From the NCBI RefSeq assembly GCF_006345805.1, contig NC_043012.1:46190001-46254000 (forward strand): a stretch of DNA of 64,000 nt, in the 5' to 3' direction. The DNA comes from Octopus sinensis (lineage: Eukaryota). Made by a program: the position numbers and the translations under genes. Under the pieces are notes generated by a model, which was given only the letters and a program-made list of their open reading frames with translations, did no database searches and was not told the DNA's origin. Below are positions 1 to 14,364 of the stretch, in pieces. Numbering within the stretch: the stretch's first letter is position 1; each line of letters opens with the position of its first letter.

Positions 1-34
1 TATGAGTAAATTATAGACATATATATATATATGC

Positions 35-73
<39 letters not shown>

Positions 74-246
74 TATATGTATGTGAGTGTGTGCGTTTTT
101 ATACAAATTTTAACATTCATATACAAAGTGACCTGCATACATACCCATAAACAAATATATACTGAGGCACACATATTACCACGTACATATGTATATATAA
201 GTACATATATGTATGTGTATATGTATATAAATATGTTTGTATATAT

Positions 247-298
<52 letters not shown>

Positions 299-804
299 AT
301 ATATACATACATATATACATAACACACATACACACCACACAATGATATATAAACAAGACATTGAGATGAAATAACCTATGTAAACGACGGAATCACTCAC
401 TGTTTCCAACATGTTGTTGAATAGATTCGAATGAATTTGTTTACATTTATCAAAGCAATCATTATTAGATCGTATTTGAAGTGGAAAGACATAACGTAAC
501 AGACTAAACACAAATAAATAGAAAACTAAAACGAAAGCATAGACTTTATGTAATAAAGGATTTATGAATTTATTGAGGAAATAGTAGCTTCTATCTATCG
601 TATTAACGTGAAATGGATATCACAGGAATTGCTCCGTTTTATTTGCCATAGGCGAAACCAGATCGAATAAATGAAATACACACATATTTACAGTCATGCT
701 TGCATACATATATTTATATATACTGCGCGTATATATCTATATATATATACATACATACGTACGTACATACATATATACATACATACATACATACATATAT
801 ATAT

Positions 805-840
<36 letters not shown>

Positions 841-863
841 GTATATATATATAGGTATATATG

Positions 864-909
<46 letters not shown>

Positions 910-1060
910 ATATATATATATGTGTGTATATATATAGGCATATATATATGTGTCTGTGTGTGCGTTTGCGAGTGTGTGTATACGTGAGCGTGCGTGCGCA
1001 CACATGTGTATATTGAAAGAGTGAGCGAGGTTGATAGATATAGACCTAGAGAGGGACATG
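1..1060. repeat. Compound (TA)n/(CA)n/(TACA)n microsatellite field
   Basis: Direct reading; the overlapping YIYIYI ORFs are translation artefacts of these repeats. Confidence 0.95.
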
Positions 1061-2469
1061 TATGTTATTATGTGTATTTGACAATGTAGATAAACGTATG
1101 TAGTTCACAAGAAATAAAAGAATAGAATATGTTATATATGTTTTTCTCTACATCAATAACGCGTAGCATTAATCGGTTTGAAATTCCATTTATTTACATG
1201 CGTTCCTATCAAGTTTTGCAACTGCGGTTTTTGCAATAGATACAAATATGATTAGTTTCACATTCTTTATATTTCGCAATGAATGGTGAATAAACCACAC
1301 AGAAGAACAAAATAAACAGTGAAAAGAATAAATATAAGCGAAACAGAAAGAAAGTTTAATAAATACATGAATTGTAAATAACATTAGAGACGAATGAATT
1401 GTTTATACTTTTAAAGCAAATGTATTTTTCTTTGTTCTTTTATATTGTTGTTTAGCAATTTCTCAAATTTGTATAGATAATGAGTGGAAAGGTGATAGAA
1501 TTTAATTGAATTTTAGATTGATTTCGCTTCAGTTCGATATGATGTTGTGAAAATGATATCAAGGAATGTATTGTGTTATTTCGGAATCTCCTACTTACCT
1601 TCATAAGTATATAACAAATTTTATATTACCACACTTACAAATATAAAAGCTGATACATATAGAGAGCCAATCACATTCACACTGAAATAACGATGCACAC
1701 TCACTCACGCATATACACGTTTATTTATGGGGTAGCATTTTCCTGCCCACAATTTCATTATATAGCTGACATATAGATATGGAAACCGTTGTTATTTTTG
1801 CTGATTAGAGAGAATTTTCTATCTCAATAGAATAGGAGACAAATTGTATAATTATATCGAAATAAACCCTAATAATGATAGGATGGCCACAGCTCGGTTC
1901 TTTGTTTCATTTTAGAACTACTCGCTCAGTTTTGAATACAACTGATGATAACACACTTCATGGACAATAACCTTCCGAATACTGAAAACTACTGAGTCAC
2001 AAATGCCATTTGAAGAAATTTCATTGTGACTTACAAATATGTGCCAGAGTAGAAATCCTAAGACTATATTTTCGTTCAGACTTGGATATCTTTCAGTCAT
2101 GATCAACCATTGAACCTGCATAATATAGAAGACACACTGCCTAAACAGCCAGGTAAAAGCCGCTACTTGGGAGAGATTCATGCAAAGGCATATTCTGAAA
2201 TAATTTTCAGGGGATTATCAAATGTTAACAGATAAATAGTTGCTAGAAAAAAAAATCCTGCTATTTCGGTTATACTATACTGTATAAGTTTCGGAGCGTG
2301 CAAACTACCGGGCCAATCGCGATTGAAGTGAGCTTTTTTGGAGGACATTCCAATGGTGACTATCGTTTTATTACGGACATTCGTTTATAAATTATACGTT
2401 TTCTTTCTTTTTATTGCAACAGCATAGTAGAAGTCTGTGTAATTAAAAATTAAATAACAAAAATGAGTA

Positions 2470-3025
2470 GACCATCAGGACTACTGTTCACACCTGCGGT
2501 CTCTCTATAATGTCAGATTAATAGCGGAACTTGATGTGGTTCAGCGAAGTTACACAAGGAATATTACATCAATATAACAGATGAGCTACCGGCAGAGACT
2601 GAAAGAGCTACAACTCTACCTCTTGAAGCGAAGATGGGAGAGGTGTGCCGTGATGTATGTGTGAAATATACTGGAGTGGCTGGCACCAAACGTTGGAATC
2701 GATAGCACTGCACTGTTCCAAAAGTCTCAGCTGTTCCATCTAGTGTGAGGACCATGTACTGCAATAGCTTGGAATTCAAGGGCCCACAGCTATTTAACGC
2801 CTTACCAAAACATCTGAAGGATCTTTATGGAGTGTGAATAGATGTTTTCCAGAAGCAACGTGACCCCCTGCTATCCAAGGTCCCAAATGAGCCAATATCA
2901 AGGCAGGTGACTCAAAATAGGGCAAAAGAATCGAACTCCCTCCTTTACCAAAAGCCAATCGTATAAGGTGGTGGTGCCTCAGCATGACCACAGCCTTGTG
3001 GCTGAAACGTATAAAAGAATAAAAT
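2470..3025 (+). mobile_element. 3' end of a decayed CR1-group (CR1/L2/Crack-like) LINE
   Basis: Translates with stops to DYCSHL..ELDVVQRSYTRNI..SYRQRLKELQLYLLKRRWER..KGPQLFNALPKHL..LLSKVPNEP..SNSLLYQ, the typical post-RT C-terminus of CR1-group ORF2. Ends in a tail ggtggtgcctcagcatgaccacag..gctgaaac..taaaagaataaaa. Confidence 0.75.
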
Positions 3026-3399
3026 ACATCGAAGCAACATGCATTATACATTGGGCTTGTCAGGATATTTGTCTATAATGGATCTTGGCAATATGCAAAG
3101 ATAAATTCTGACCAGTTCAGTGGATACATATGTGTTAGATGTTTAAAATTTCTATACTGTGTTTCAAACTTTGTCTACATAAATCTATTGGATTACATGG
3201 ATTCACAAATAATATATTGCTCACCATATTCCATAGACATATCTATAAATAAAACAACAGATTGATATTTAAAATAGAAGATTCCTCAATGATTCGTATA
3301 GTAAAAAAAGTTAGAGTCACTTCAAATGAAATTACCAGTTTTCTAAGATATGATCCCCAAACTTGAGGTTGGTAGACAACATTCTATTGACTTACTCAC

Positions 3400-3448
3400 C
3401 TGCAACGTACCAATAATTTAGAAGAAGCTCAAAATAGAACAATAATGT
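3400..3448 (-). CDS. Weak candidate internal exon (TLLFYFELLLNYWYVA)
   Basis: Acceptor ttcttttctag, donor CAG|GTGAGT, one open frame; no homology recognised. Confidence 0.15.
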
Positions 3449-4113
3449 CTAGAAAAGAATTTGATATAGTATATTGATTTTATAAAGTGTCCTCAGAAAC
3501 GTTTAAGTGGAAAATACAAAATGTATAATTTCTCTTTAACAATCCTCAATTCTACTCAATGACTATTATAAAACTGCAGTATTATTTTATTTACATACAC
3601 ACTCATAGACACGCTTATATTCTATGCTATTACATTCTAGGCTATGATGAATGTGTGTGTGTGTGTGTAAGTGTGTGTGTGTGAGCGCGTGTGCTTTCTG
3701 TGTTCGGGTGTGTAATGTATATTATGCTGTATGATAAATTTTCAGAATGTTCTCTTTTATATACCCCGAAGGATATAGCAATGGAAACGGGCATTAATGG
3801 TATTCTTTTAACTCGTTTTGATATTTCTTTGACAGTTTATACGTTATAAATTGTTTCTTAAAGTTAAGCACAAAACACTTTGTTCCAGATATTTTAAAGT
3901 TACGAAAAATGCTTGCTCAACACTTATATGACAATTTGTATATATGTTACAAACACAAAATATGTATGTTTTAATATCCACATGTATGCGTGTATATACA
4001 TACTTGTACGTGTTTGTGCATAAACATATATAGATACATGATCTCTCTCTATATATATATACATGTATGTATGTGTATGTGTATAGACATATATACATAT
4101 ATATGTGTGTGTG

Positions 4114-4162
<49 letters not shown>

Positions 4163-4243
4163 GCATATTTGTATATATATATACATGTATGGGGATCTAT
4201 GTATATATATATAATAATATATATATATATATAATTATTTGTC

Positions 4244-4400
4244 TTATCTAGTAGTTATGACGGCAACTGCTCTGAATCTCTTCTTACGACTAGGACATGA
4301 TATTTTTGTTGTTTCTTCTTTCTCTGAATATGCAACATTAAAATAGCCTTCACTAATTTTCTCTCTCAACGGGCACAGAGATGAAAGAGTTAATATACAT
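4244..4400 (-). mobile_element. Possible decayed PLE GIY-YIG C-terminal fragment
   Basis: SLCPLREK..KISCPSRKKRF loosely matches the PLE C-terminal C..C..EK...CxH..KF pattern seen more clearly at 52.2 kb. Confidence 0.25.
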
Positions 4401-4459
4401 TCCATACACTTTTCATGGAATAAACACACACACACACATCCATATATATGTATATGTAT

Positions 4460-4563
<104 letters not shown>

Positions 4564-4564
4564 C

Positions 4565-5050
4565 AGGTAAGTTAGGGGTTGTGGATCCAACCCACTAAGG
4601 GATAATATTTATCCAATATACTTTTGGTGTAATCCAAATTATTAATACACAAGTTTTTTTAATTGTAACTTACCTATTGAATTAAATGGGTGAAGGTAAA
4701 GAAATATTTTATCATTAATTTATAATACAAATAAGAAAATGGAGAAACACATTAGTTGGTTTATCAGCTTTAGGATATTAGAATGTTGACTTATTTATTT
4801 AACAAAACGAGAACCATAGTAACATACATATATGCATTAAAATTCAATTCATATCAGATAAGAATACAATTATAAAAACCTTAATATAAATTATCGGAAT
4901 CATTAAAATCACTCTTACAGCTGTTTCAGCCTATGGAAAAAAGTAGTTTTCAGTGCCTATAGTTGTCAATTATATTGAGGTTGTAGAAATTTAAAAATGG
5001 GGTACTTATATATAACCATAGACCTCGTTAGAGATTATAAAGAACTTCCA
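4565..5050 (-). mobile_element. PLE-type terminal-repeat (pLTR-like) fragment abutting (TA)n
   Basis: Minus strand has ctgaaaa...GAAACAGCTGTA (4916-4953), a degraded minimal hammerhead with palindromic stem III. Confidence 0.35.
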
Positions 5051-5625
5051 AAATATAAATATATACATGAAACAGGATATACGTACATGTACATTCATGC
5101 GTGCATATCTGTATATTTATATAAATGTACATACACATTCACAATATTTCTTGAGTAGCTCATTCTGTAGGTTAATTAATGAATGAAATCCCATTATAAC
5201 CTGCATTTTTAAATTTAACTATTGCATGTATTTTTTGGTAATTGAGTAAACAATAGTTATAAAGTTTTGTCAATATTAAATACTACTAGATACATTGATA
5301 TTGTTCATATAGATATTTCCAGTTGCTTAAATTGGAAGCCGTTGGACAGACCGACGCGAAGTTAAACATCAGTGTACGGTGAAGGAGAAATTTTTAGAAT
5401 AGTTTAAAATTAGAAATCCCCTTGAAATAGTATTTTCGATCGAATCAACTGCGAGTCAACATGAGATACCTTGATGACAAATTAAACCTCTCTTGGTTAA
5501 GGTATCTTTTGCCCGACGAGTACCTAAGAGATTAACCTTCGTTTGGGTAATTACTATTTCCGTGGTTCTAATAGATACGAATCACATGTAGCCTGGTTTT
5601 TATCCACTCTACTCCCTAATTTTGG

Positions 5626-5656
<31 letters not shown>

Positions 5657-5989
5657 TACTCATGTCTTTATTTACACCTACCTCTCCGACTTTCTCCTAA
5701 TATATAATTATATGCAAATGTACATATATATGCGCGCGCGCAAAATGTGTGTTTGTGTTTGTTTATGTCTATATAAATATGTTTGAGTATGCATATGAGT
5801 ATTCAAAACGTGCGCTAATATTACACTGGTCAGATATATTTTGGGGTGCCAAAACTTATTGGAGGGATTGTAGGGTAGTTTTCGCCTACTGGCTCCGAAT
5901 TCATCTATTTGCGCCATATTATTATACAAGACAATATTCATATTATTTTATATCAATTAATCTTCCAAGAAACGACGCTATTTGTATGA

Positions 5990-6150
5990 GTTGCTTTGTT
6001 GTAGTTAAGAAGGTCATTGAAGCTAAAGTTTGCAGCAGTAGTCTGCCATAATGCCGTCAAACCATTCCTTCATCATCGTAAAATCCTAGTAGACTCTCTC
6101 GTTTTCACTCTCACAAAAATCTCCAAGTTACCATTTCAAAAAATTAGAAT
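5990..6150 (-). mobile_element. Relic C-terminus of a DNA transposase (ERFHQD...MADYCW-type; from memory, CMC-Chapaev3-like)
   Basis: Minus frame reads ENERVY*DFTMMKEWFDGIMADYCCKL; the family name is recalled, not searched. Confidence 0.4.
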
Positions 6151-6714
6151 CTATGATGAGCTTACGAATTGATAAATGTATTTCTTCTTAATTTAGCAGG
6201 TCAAAATCAAGGAATGATCTCCAAATTTATTTCAAATGATTGCTGTCTTTGATTTGATACATCATGTAAGATTTAAGTCAACTAATAATACATATTATAA
6301 AAGTAGTTTAGAATAAAGTCAGATGGATGTTATCAGATCAACACGTTTTGTATTAAACGACATGAGCCATTTTTATGACCTGTTTTGGCGATGCTAAGCA
6401 GTTGAAACAAACAACAAAAGAAAGTCTATATTATAACCTCACATTCTGCTCTTCACACATTCATACTTTCGCACTCCACACTCAGATATAAACACACATA
6501 CGCTAATATATCTATGCGTCGCACATACCCGAGGTAAAATGCATTTAAAAAGAGACAATATAAAGCCAAGTGTAACTTAAATGTATCCCCGTGCGATGAT
6601 AGATTAGCTGGCCTAACTCGGAGTCACTTTCAATCCTATTCTTGTTAAAAAATAAGAAATATGCACTCTATAAAATTATGAGGAATATCATCTTCGTCGA
6701 GCACAGACTACATA

Positions 6715-7400
6715 GCTAACTAAAAAAATTGAATGAGAAAAGGAACGCAAAAAAACCAGCATACGGTTAAAATGCAGAAGGTAACAAAAATATAACGTGA
6801 AAGGAGAATCGGAAAACAAAAACACAAAGACTAAATTGTATAAAGTATAAAAGATAAAAGTTATCCACCTTAGATTTTAAATTATAAGGCTAAAATGATA
6901 TGAACATGTAAATCGGGAATAGGTGGAATTTTCCAATTCTTTAAGATATATTTGCGCATATGCATGCGATTGAAGAAAATTTCAGACCTAGTCTTCAGTA
7001 GATAGAGAGGGATCTTAGATCTCAAGGGGATTTGTGCTCTTTCAGCAAAACAAAATCCTACATTTATTCGATCCTTTATCATCAGGGATGGATTTCTCAA
7101 TTATTCTCCACTTAATCTATACGTAGCTGGACAAGTTATTAGTTTTACTTTTGTCCGTATGTGAATGGCATAAATAATTTTTTAATTATTTGAATTCCGC
7201 CTATTCCCGATTAATTTGTAGATATCATTCCAGCCTTATAAATTAAGGTCTAAGTGATATAATTTTGTTTTACCTATTTTACTTCTTACGTTTTACATTT
7301 TAGTTTTTGCGTTTTCGTTTTGCGCTTTTTCAAATTTGCGCATTATCTATAAGCTGCCTACTCACTTTTTCCCCGTTTCTTCTCCTATTAAATTTTCTTA
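6715..7400. mobile_element. Old foldback/MITE-like element with long diverged inverted repeats
   Basis: ttataaggctaaaatgatatgaacatgtaaatcgggaataggtggaatt (~6883) matches the reverse complement of ~7193-7241; weaker complementarity extends outward to ~6720/7395. Confidence 0.6.
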
Positions 7401-7421
7401 TATATGTATATATATATATAT

Positions 7422-7547
<126 letters not shown>

Positions 7548-8935
7548 AAAAGCTAAATTAAATAAAGAGATAGTATTGATATCAAATATTTTATTCATAT
7601 TATAATATTACATGATATACTATGAATATAATATAATATTATTTAACATAGACAATTATTAAAAAAACCCATAAAAGCCCCAACAAATTCTTTCGACTTA
7701 TATACATTTTCTGATATGCATACACAATAACAGTCCCATATTTATTTAAATGGCTTCAAGGTCATGCTTTAAAGATATTTATTTGTTTATTTGTATATCG
7801 TACGCCTTCTTGTTAACCCTATCTTATTTAGCTATATATATAGAGAGATACATTCCTACCTACCTACATATATATATATATATATACTTTATTTAAAAGC
7901 AGCAGAAATATCACGAGAACTGTTACTCAGAGTTTCACGTTCCCGTTTGTCGGAAACGTGAAACTATGAGTAACAGTGAACCATGTTTTACTATTTAGAC
8001 AATATGTTAATTAAATAATAGTTTAAAATAGCAGGAAATAGGGTGTGAGTACTTCGCTGGACTTTGCAATATCAAGCCATTATTAAAACTTTGTAGGATA
8101 ATGGAGCTATCGTTGAATTACATATTTTCTTTACGTTACCATCAAGTTATCTTTATTTTATTTTACAATGTAGATTTTTAAAAAGTTACCATTCGGATCA
8201 CTTGAAATTTTGCAGTTCGTATTGGAACTATAGCTCTTTTTATTTGAAATTGTTTTCGTCATTGCCTCCATGTTTATTAACTTTCATTCGTGTATATTTT
8301 CCTTGCCATCCCGTTTATTTTTATTTTTATTCGTATATATTTTTATTCGCATATATTTTTTCTTGCCATTCCTTTCAATTTTATTCACATTTTTTAAAAT
8401 ATATTATTAACATAGTATGTGTAAATTTAATTTTATTTGGAACACTTTATTGCTAACATAGTTCTTGTAAATTTTCGTATATTTGTTTTTAGATTTTTAT
8501 TCCTTACTTTATTCGTATAACTTTTATTTCTGTAACTTTTTATCTTTATTTAAATTTTTATCTGAATTATGGCTTGCACTGTAGAGTCCAGCGAAACTAA
8601 TTTAAACATACCTTTCGTACACATACTTCAGGGTTTTAGAAAAAATTAAAATTATAGTTTATTGTATTGAATGTTGATAAAGTTATATAAGGGTCTGATG
8701 ATTGGGGTGGAATTTTGAGAGGGGTTCCAGGGAAACACGGAGTGGTTTAGGAAGCCGAGGACGTACCTCATGAAACACGTGTTGCTAAGTAATAAAACAG
8801 TAGGTATTTAAAATAAAAATAAAAATTATTTTTATATGGTGAGATGTAAAGGGTCTACTATCTCTAAATTAAAATATATTTCTTCATTGAGAATAATTTG
8901 AATCTCTGTTATGCCGGAATTTTTATTCCCTAAAA

Positions 8936-8999
<64 letters not shown>

Positions 9000-9177
9000 T
9001 TATATATATGTATATGTATATGTATGTATAAGGAAAGAGTGTAAAAGACGTGGACTTTTAAACGATGAATTTTTACGTAGAAATATATACACATATTAAT
9101 AGGTACGCATTATTAATAGATCCAAGTTATACAGAGTACAAAGGAAAGAGCAAATTAAATGCATGGAAGTAAGGTGT

Positions 9178-9217
<40 letters not shown>

Positions 9218-9334
9218 GAGATATTGTAATTCATGGCCCAAACTATTTTATTATATTTGTTATATCTAATTTGTTTATCCGCATAATTTCTTCTATAACC
9301 GCTCAGCTTGATTGGGATTTTTTAAGAAGGCTCT

Positions 9335-9450
9335 GGTTGATTATAGGCTGTAGTAGATTACACTTCTCCGAGGTGCCACGCAGGGGGACTGAACCCTGAA
9401 ATATGTGGTTGAGAAGAAGGCTTCTTATCACACAGGCAAACCTACGTCTA
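9335..9450 (-). mobile_element. tRNA-derived SINE (main family), 5' half
   Basis: Reverse complement matches the head of the complete copy at 56578-56981. Confidence 0.7.
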
Positions 9451-9796
9451 AACCACACATGAGTGTTTACGTATATGAATATATTTTGATAATATTTACT
9501 CAGCTCTATTCATATCTGAACACACATTTGTGTGTCAATATAAACAGGTGCAAATGTAGATTTACAAAATAAAATTAACTCTTTTTAGCATCGTTCCAAC
9601 TTAAAAATAAAAGCATGAGCAATCTCTCCCTATGGGATACACTAAAACTGTTAATAAACATACAGTAATAAATAGCCTCCACTGAGTCTGAAATCTGGTT
9701 TTAATGTTTGTTTTCTGACTGATTTATGCACGGAGTTTTATGTATGCATGTATGTATGTATGTATGTATGTATGCATGCATAAATATGTATGTTTC

Positions 9797-9860
<64 letters not shown>

Positions 9861-9915
9861 CCTATCTTTCTGTCTATCTGTCTATCTGTCTGTCTGTCTA
9901 TGTATCTATCTATCT

Positions 9916-9955
<40 letters not shown>

Positions 9956-10548
9956 ATATATATATATATATTTATATAAATACATACATACATAGACATA
10001 TATGTGTATATGTATATATGTATGTATCTCTCTCTTTTTGTATATATATATATATATATCCGTGTCATTAATTTATCTTCAGCTTAGTCTAATTAGCATA
10101 TTCACCTGCTGTGAGTGTTTGTTTCTTGGTTCGTTGATTTTTAAGTATATTATCCATAATTTACAAATGAAAACACGGATACGCAAAACAACGTAACATT
10201 ATTTTCTTGCTGAGATTTCTTTTTGTATTTTGTTTTGACAAGTAAATGATATTCAAGATCTATTGACTTTTGTTCAAAATGTTTCTGACTACTGTTTAAC
10301 ATATGGAAAACATCATAGACACAAATTATTCTCTATCATATCATACATATATTTCAACTATCTCTTTGTATTATCTCCTACCCACCATTTGCAGAATCAG
10401 TAAATTACTCTAGGGAATTCTATGCTTTACGAAATGTCAACTTCTATTAGTCATGTAGACTCGATATGCCTTTTTGGATCACAGTTCTTTGGAAATTGTT
10501 GCCCACTATGTCTCCACAGAACTGACTTGCTGTCATGGTGCCACATAC

Positions 10549-10668
10549 CTGTCAAGAATTTAGAATTTGGCCTATAATAAAATAATGCTATTTCACCATC
10601 ATGCAAAATTCCATCAATACTTATATCTGCGTTCTGAGAGACAATTACAATTATCTTTTGGAAATGCT
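10549..10668 (-). CDS. Candidate 120-nt phase 1-1 exon (HFQKIIVIVSQNADISIDGILHDGEIALFYYRPNSKFLT)
   Basis: Polypyrimidine acceptor ttcttttcttttaccttcatgttaaattcag, donor CAG|GTATGT, length divisible by 3, open frame in unique sequence; protein not recognised. Confidence 0.4.
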
Positions 10669-10734
10669 CTGAATTTAACATGAAGGTAAAAGAAAAGAAA
10701 TCGTCCAAGAATATATGAATTCCTAAGTATAGAA

Positions 10735-10736
10735 TG

Positions 10737-10781
<45 letters not shown>

Positions 10782-11040
10782 TTAAAAAAGAAATGAAGTA
10801 CAAATACCGGAAAGAATATACAAACAGAAATAACCCAAATGAGTGCGAGTCAGGGAAAAGATAGAATCAAGTCGTAATAGAGCGAGTGACAGAAAGAGAG
10901 AACAAGATAGACATAGAGAGAAGGACAGACAGAGGGAGAGAGAGAGAGAGAGAGAGAACAAAGAGACAGACAGAGAGAGGCAAAAGAGGAAGGAGAGAGA
11001 GAGAGAGACGGAGACGGAATGAACGAGGAATATATAAACA
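10735..11040. repeat. (GA)n / purine-rich low-complexity tract
   Basis: Direct reading; similar tract at 11810-12290. Confidence 0.9.
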
Positions 11041-11313
11041 TGGACAGAGAGGGACAAACAGACTGGGTGAAACGAACTACTTAGAGGAAATATATAGCGA
11101 GCAACGTGATTACGTTGAATGAAAGATTGTGACAAAATGAATAGTTCTTTATTAAAGATAAATGTACTCATTTTGAGTCCTAAGATTAAAAGCAACGATA
11201 GCAGCATGAAAATACAGTCATTATTTACCATGCAATTGAGTGAAAGTCAAACTGTTTACATTTATCATGAGTAAGGGCACATACGTGTAAGAATATTTGG
11301 AAGTATGTAGATA

Positions 11314-11359
<46 letters not shown>

Positions 11360-11405
11360 TGTGTGTCTGTATGTTTCTATGTGTTTTTATATGTATGCGT
11401 ATATG

Positions 11406-11468
<63 letters not shown>

Positions 11469-11884
11469 TATATATATTATATATATATATATGAGTGTAT
11501 GTGTGTGTGTTTGTATTCATAAATATAAAGATACTTATATTTATGTTTCGAGATAAATACATATGTTAGTATATATTTATATCTTTGTATATACATACAT
11601 ATATATCTACACGCACGCACATAAACACACTCATACACACACACACCTACACTCTCACGCAAACGCTGATATGGATATATAAAAGGGTAAGTCACTGTAT
11701 TCAAAGTTTTGTTTTGATAGTTGCTTACCCTTTTCGTCACACACTGTAGGTATGAGGATGCTGAAAAGAGTGGTTACGCCGATAGACTTGATAGATAATT
11801 ACAGAGGTGGGGACAAGACAGATAGGGATGCAGAGAGAGAGCAGGGGAGAGAGAGAGAAAAAAGACGAGAGACGAGAGAGATAG

Positions 11885-11929
<45 letters not shown>

Positions 11930-12954
11930 CGAGAGAGTTAGGGGAGAGAGACGAAGGAAAGAGAGAGAAATAGACAGAGACAGAAAAAATATCCAGTAGA
12001 CGGTCAACAAATCAGAAAGGCAGGCATCTGAGCAGAGAGTGAAATATTGGAGGAAGGAGAGCTTCAGTGAACAACGTGAAAATATAAGTTATGTAAAAGA
12101 CGAGAGAAAGGAGAAAAATATGGGATGTACAAAAGACGAGCGGAATTAGAATGTCATAATGATATAGTTATAGACTGTGAATTGAAGAGACAAAGAGAGA
12201 GAGAGAGGCAGCGAGAGAGATAGAAGTGAGGGGAAAAGAGAGAGAGAGAGATAGAGAGAGAGAGATAGGTTAGTAATAGAAATGGAAAGAAAAGAACAAA
12301 GGGAAATTTGTGGAATACATACATAGATAAAATACACGCGCACACACATCTACGCACACCGAAGTAGTCTTTTTTCAATCTTTTACACTAGTAATGATAT
12401 GGAAACGGTAATACTTTATTGTTTTACTCATACCAAACACTTTCGTTATGAAACTCCCTATATTTCTTAACCCTTATATAACGTCAATTCTCTAAATTAC
12501 AGTAATATACCCTAACTGCTTCGCACTGATGTTGTCCAAAGAGACTGCAATACCTAAAGGAAAGAAAAGTTAAACATATTTGTGAAAATATTTTTATTCC
12601 TCTCACTAACGTAAATAATTTCAAGACGATTCTCTTTTGTGAAAGAAAAACGAGAAGTGAAATAACTGAGAGATTACAATATACACAAATTTCGGCCGGG
12701 ATATTCTGATGAGCGACGCGGGTTCAAGCGAAAGAGGGGCGATATATTGATATCGGAAGTTGTGCTTAAGGGAAAGAACACTTCACTAGATATGATTGGA
12801 GTTAAACCTCTTCGTCGAAAAACTGCCGAATAATTCCGATATGATTGGGGTTGAAACTGTAAGACATATGCGGCAGTGGTTATATGCGAACGAAAACGAA
12901 GGAAGAACGGATACAACACATTATAGTTTCGTGCCCATGCAAACTTGAAATTAA

Positions 12955-13007
12955 ATCTACTACTACTACTGATGCTGCTCCTCCTCCTCCTCCTCCTCCT
13001 CCTACTG

Positions 13008-13051
<44 letters not shown>

Positions 13052-13082
13052 GTTACTGCTGCTGCTGCTGCTACTGCTGCTG
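12955..13082. repeat. Compound (ACT)n/(CCT)n/(GCT)n trinucleotide tract
   Basis: Direct reading. Confidence 0.9.
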
Positions 13083-13574
13083 TAGAGAATAAACTCTTTA
13101 TTGTAAAGTGGTATAATCATTATATTCCTTCGTGTATTTCCTTCTTCATGAAGTTAGCAACTTCTACGACTTCGTAATCCCAATGCCCAGCGAGACTCAA
13201 ATATCTGTATTCGGTTGCTAAAGAACCTCTTATTAAAACAAAATTTGAAAGAATATAAATTCAACGAAAAGTGATAAGATTTTGTCTTCTGAAGTGAGTA
13301 AAACATCCAATGTACTGAGGGAAGACATTTTTACACTCACACGCACGCACGTACGTACACCCCCAGCACCACACCAGTAGATATATTTAAACATATATAT
13401 GCATGGATAAAATTTGCGCTAGTATTCTCTTTGTATTTGTGTCTATTCAAAGGGTGACATTTCTAGTTCAACTGTACTATTCTACATAAATTTTTCCGTT
13501 GTGTTTCAGCTTGCTCGTTTATTTCTGTCGTATATGTTTCAGTAGTCACACATATCTTAATATTCTCCAAACGT

Positions 13575-13701
13575 AGGAGTAGCTGTATGGTAAGTAGCTT
13601 GCTTACCAACCACATGGTTCAGGGTTCAGGCTATAGTAGAAGATACTTGCCCAAGGGGCAGTGGATTTGGTAGACAGAAACTGAAAGAAGCCCGTCGCAT
13701 A

Positions 13702-13786
<85 letters not shown>

Positions 13787-14333
13787 ATGTAAAAAATACA
13801 AACTGGGACAAGAACACAAAACATTTAGAAGACGATACAAAAAACACAGACGGGACATTCGAAGCCTTCAATCTTCAGTCAAGAACCGGATCATCCTCGC
13901 AATTTCGGCTGATTAATTTTGAGATTGCTCCGACCTGGCCATCCCCAAAGGAAAATCTAAGCCAAGCACATTAGATTCCTTGGAAAAAAGCTTCGAATGT
14001 ATACAAAAGAAGGACGGGAAAACGGACGATGTTACACGACTAAGAATACAAAAATACTTGAAAACAATAATAACGCGAATAAGAATACGAAAATACGTAA
14101 AAACGATAATGATAATAATAAATAATAATAACAAAAACAGGACGTCACAGACAGGACGGGTGAACTTGAGCTGGCGCATTAGAAAAATGCCTTGGGGCAG
14201 AGAGAGAGAAAAATGTGTCTAGCCTCGACGGCTGCCGACCACGAAAGGGTCAGTTAGCCACGTGTGAGAAGAGAGAGTAAAAGAGGGACAGATGAAGAGA
14301 GAAAAAGGGAACAAGGAACAAAGAAGGAGGAGA

Positions 14334-14364
<31 letters not shown>

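Noticed and set aside
35-1059. Many ORFs rich in YI/HT/CV/LS repeats here and throughout the window
   Set aside because: Translations of (TA)n, (CA)n, (GA)n and (TATC)n microsatellites; not genes
1916-2152. 237-nt segment with a good acceptor and donor
   Set aside because: Stops in all three frames; only a 73-nt sub-exon (2080-2152) is open, with a weak acceptor
7931-7965. 11-bp perfect hairpin agtttcacgtt/aacgtgaaact
   Set aside because: Isolated; no ribozyme core or TE boundary attached
12695-12760. CTGATGAGC...GCGAAA hammerhead-like core
   Set aside because: Stem II has only 2 bp and stem III cannot pair beyond one base; likely chance
12674-13177. Ser/Thr/Pro/Arg-rich ORFs
   Set aside because: Driven by trinucleotide repeats; no convincing splice sites or homology
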